From positions 2,040,001 through 2,072,000 of the forward strand of contig NZ_LT906458.1 of assembly GCF_900187275.1 (NCBI RefSeq): a stretch of DNA of 32,000 nt. The letters are read 5' to 3'. The notes under the pieces were generated by a model. It was not told the origin of the DNA and made no database searches. It saw nothing but the letters and a program-made list of their open reading frames with translations. This document shows positions 28,974 to 32,000 of this stretch, piece after piece (the first letter of the stretch is position 1; every line of letters starts with the position of its first letter). The position numbers and the translations under genes were made by a program. Source of the DNA: Pasteurella multocida (GTDB lineage Bacteria; Pseudomonadota; Gammaproteobacteria; Enterobacterales; Pasteurellaceae).

Positions 28974-31076
28974 ATGGCACGTACAACCCCTATTGAAAGA
29001 TACCGTAACATTGGTATCAGTGCTCACATTGACGCAGGTAAAACAACTACTTCCGAGCGTATCCTATTCTATACAGGTGTGAGTCACAAACTTGGTGAGG
29101 TGCACGATGGTGCAGCTACTATGGACTGGATGGAGCAAGAACAAGAGCGTGGTATCACAATCACCTCTGCGGCAACAACCGCATTCTGGTCTGGTATGTC
29201 TAAACAATATCCACAACACCGTATCAACGTGATTGATACTCCGGGACACGTTGACTTCACGATCGAAGTTGAACGTTCAATGCGTGTACTTGACGGTGCG
29301 GTGATGGTTTACTGTGCGGTGGGTGGTGTTCAACCACAATCAGAAACCGTATGGCGCCAAGCAAACAAATACCAAGTTCCTCGTGTTGCTTTCGTAAACA
29401 AAATGGACCGTACTGGTGCTAACTTCTTACGTGTAGTTGAACAAATTAAAACTCGCTTAGGGGGTAACTCTGTTCCTTTACAATTACCAATCGGTTCAGA
29501 AGATAATTTCAAAGGTGTTGTTGACCTTGTTAAAATGAAAGCGATTAACTGGAACGAAGCTGACCAAGGTATGACATTTACCTATGAAGAGATCCCAGCT
29601 GATATGGTTGATGCTTGTGAAGAATGGCGTCAAAATTTAGTTGAGTCAGCTGCAGAAGCGTCAGAAGAGTTAATGGAAAAATACCTTGGCGGTGAAGAAT
29701 TAACAGAAGAAGAAATTAAAGCAGGTTTACGTCAACGCGTATTAGCCGGTGAAATTATTCCTGTATGCTGTGGTTCTGCCTTCAAAAATAAAGGTGTTCA
29801 AGCTATGCTTGATGCGGTAATCGACTATTTACCAGCACCAACAGATATCCCAGCGATCAAAGGGATTAATCCAGATGAAACAGAAGGTGAGCGTCATGCA
29901 AGTGATGATGAACCTTTCTCTGCACTTGCGTTTAAAATCGCAACTGACCCATTCGTAGGTAACTTAACGTTCTTCCGTGTTTATTCTGGTGTAATTAATT
30001 CAGGTGATACTGTATTAAACTCTGTAAAAGATAAACGTGAGCGTTTTGGTCGTATCGTACAGATGCACGCAAACAAACGTGAAGAAATCAAAGAAGTGCG
30101 TGCAGGCGATATCGCAGCCGCAATTGGTTTGAAAGATGTGGGTACTGGTGATACATTATGTGCACAAGATGCGCCAATTATTCTTGAGCGCATGGAATTC
30201 CCAGAGCCAGTAATTTCTGTTGCTGTTGAGCCAAAAACGAAAGCAGACCAAGAAAAAATGGGTCTTGCATTAGGTCGCTTAGCACAAGAAGACCCTTCAT
30301 TCCGTGTTCATACTGATGAAGAGTCGGGTGAAACTATTATCTCTGGTATGGGTGAGTTACACTTAGATATTATCGTTGACCGTATGCGTCGTGAATTCAA
30401 AGTTGAAGCGAACATTGGTAAACCACAAGTATCTTACCGTGAAACTATCCGTACTCGCGTTAATGATGTTGAAGGTAAACACGCAAAACAATCTGGTGGT
30501 CGCGGTCAATATGGTCACGTTGTTATCGACTTATATCCGTTAGATCCAGAAGGTCCGGGTTATGAATTCGTGAACGAAATCAAAGGTGGTGTGATCCCTG
30601 GTGAATACATCCCTGCAGTAGATAAAGGTGTTCAAGAACAACTTAAATCGGGTCCATTAGCGGGTTATCCAGTAGTGGATTTAGGTGTTCGTTTACACTT
30701 CGGTTCATACCATGATGTTGACTCATCTGAGCTTGCGTTTAAATTAGCTGCATCTTTAGCCTTTAAAGCTGCATTTAATAAAGCAAACCCAGTGCTTCTT
30801 GAGCCAATCATGAAAGTAGAAGTTGAAACGCCACCGGACTACGTTGGTGATGTAATTGGTGACTTAAGCCGTCGTCGTGCGATGGTTAACGGTCAAGAAG
30901 CAAATGAATTTGTTGTGAAGATCAATGCAGAAGTACCACTTTCAGAGATGTTTGGTTATGCAACTGACCTTCGTTCACAAACTCAAGGTCGTGCTTCATA
31001 CTCAATGGAACCATTGAAATATGCAGAAGCGCCGAAAAACGTTGCTGATGCAATCATTGAAGCTCGCAAAAAATAA
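28974..31076 (+). CDS. fusA: Elongation factor G
   Basis: 700 aa; [22 protein letters not shown]. Confidence 0.99.
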   Translation: MARTTPIERYRNIGISAHIDAGKTTTSERILFYTGVSHKLGEVHDGAATMDWMEQEQERGITITSAATTAFWSGMSKQYPQHRINVIDTPGHVDFTIEVERSMRVLDGAVMVYCAVGGVQPQSETVWRQANKYQVPRVAFVNKMDRTGANFLRVVEQIKTRLGGNSVPLQLPIGSEDNFKGVVDLVKMKAINWNEADQGMTFTYEEIPADMVDACEEWRQNLVESAAEASEELMEKYLGGEELTEEEIKAGLRQRVLAGEIIPVCCGSAFKNKGVQAMLDAVIDYLPAPTDIPAIKGINPDETEGERHASDDEPFSALAFKIATDPFVGNLTFFRVYSGVINSGDTVLNSVKDKRERFGRIVQMHANKREEIKEVRAGDIAAAIGLKDVGTGDTLCAQDAPIILERMEFPEPVISVAVEPKTKADQEKMGLALGRLAQEDPSFRVHTDEESGETIISGMGELHLDIIVDRMRREFKVEANIGKPQVSYRETIRTRVNDVEGKHAKQSGGRGQYGHVVIDLYPLDPEGPGYEFVNEIKGGVIPGEYIPAVDKGVQEQLKSGPLAGYPVVDLGVRLHFGSYHDVDSSELAFKLAASLAFKAAFNKANPVLLEPIMKVEVETPPDYVGDVIGDLSRRRAMVNGQEANEFVVKINAEVPLSEMFGYATDLRSQTQGRASYSMEPLKYAEAPKNVADAIIEARKK

Positions 31077-31090
31077 TTTTGTTTAACAAA

Positions 31091-31115
31091 ACCACAAGCT
31101 GTAATAGCTTGTGGT
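31091..31115. other. Perfect 10-bp stem hairpin between fusA and tufA
   Basis: ACCACAAGCT GTAAT AGCTTGTGGT. Confidence 0.8.
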
Positions 31116-31124
31116 CTCTACTGA

Positions 31125-32000
<876 letters not shown>

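Overview
The window looks like ordinary chromosomal housekeeping DNA from a Pasteurellaceae genome. Gene content and the 9-bp uptake signal AAGTGCGGT suggest a Pasteurella-like organism; this is inference, as I ran no database search. Gene order from the left: partial yajG-like lipoprotein (-), bolA, a divergently arranged ribose/allose-type sugar ABC transporter (rbsB-like on -, rbsA/rbsC-like on +), the Na+-NQR operon nqrABCDEF-apbE-nqrM, mnmA, a short CDF cation transporter, uhpT-uhpA-uhpB-uhpC (all -), hldD (-), deoC-deoR, fabR (-), oxyR (-) divergent from a peroxiredoxin-glutaredoxin hybrid gene, slyX (-), fkpA, yheO-like, tusDCB, rpsL, rpsG, fusA and partial tufA. I found no phage, transposon, CRISPR array, toxin-antitoxin, defence island or clearly new multigene system. 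The observations most worth a second look are regulatory. (i) One perfect CRP palindrome sits at exactly -41.5 from candidate -10 boxes in both directions of the sugar transporter. (ii) The uhpT promoter has a perfect CRP site at about -103.5 and a dyad at about -63.5, and uhpT lies upstream of uhpABC. (iii) Tandem CRP-like sites 30 bp apart lie ahead of deoC-deoR. (iv) Several strong hairpins without U-tracts sit in intergenic or intercistronic gaps (nqrM-mnmA, fusA-tufA, rpsL-rpsG). (v) A CDF transporter lacks the C-terminal domain. (vi) 10 of the 15 perfect uptake sequences are arranged as inverted pairs.
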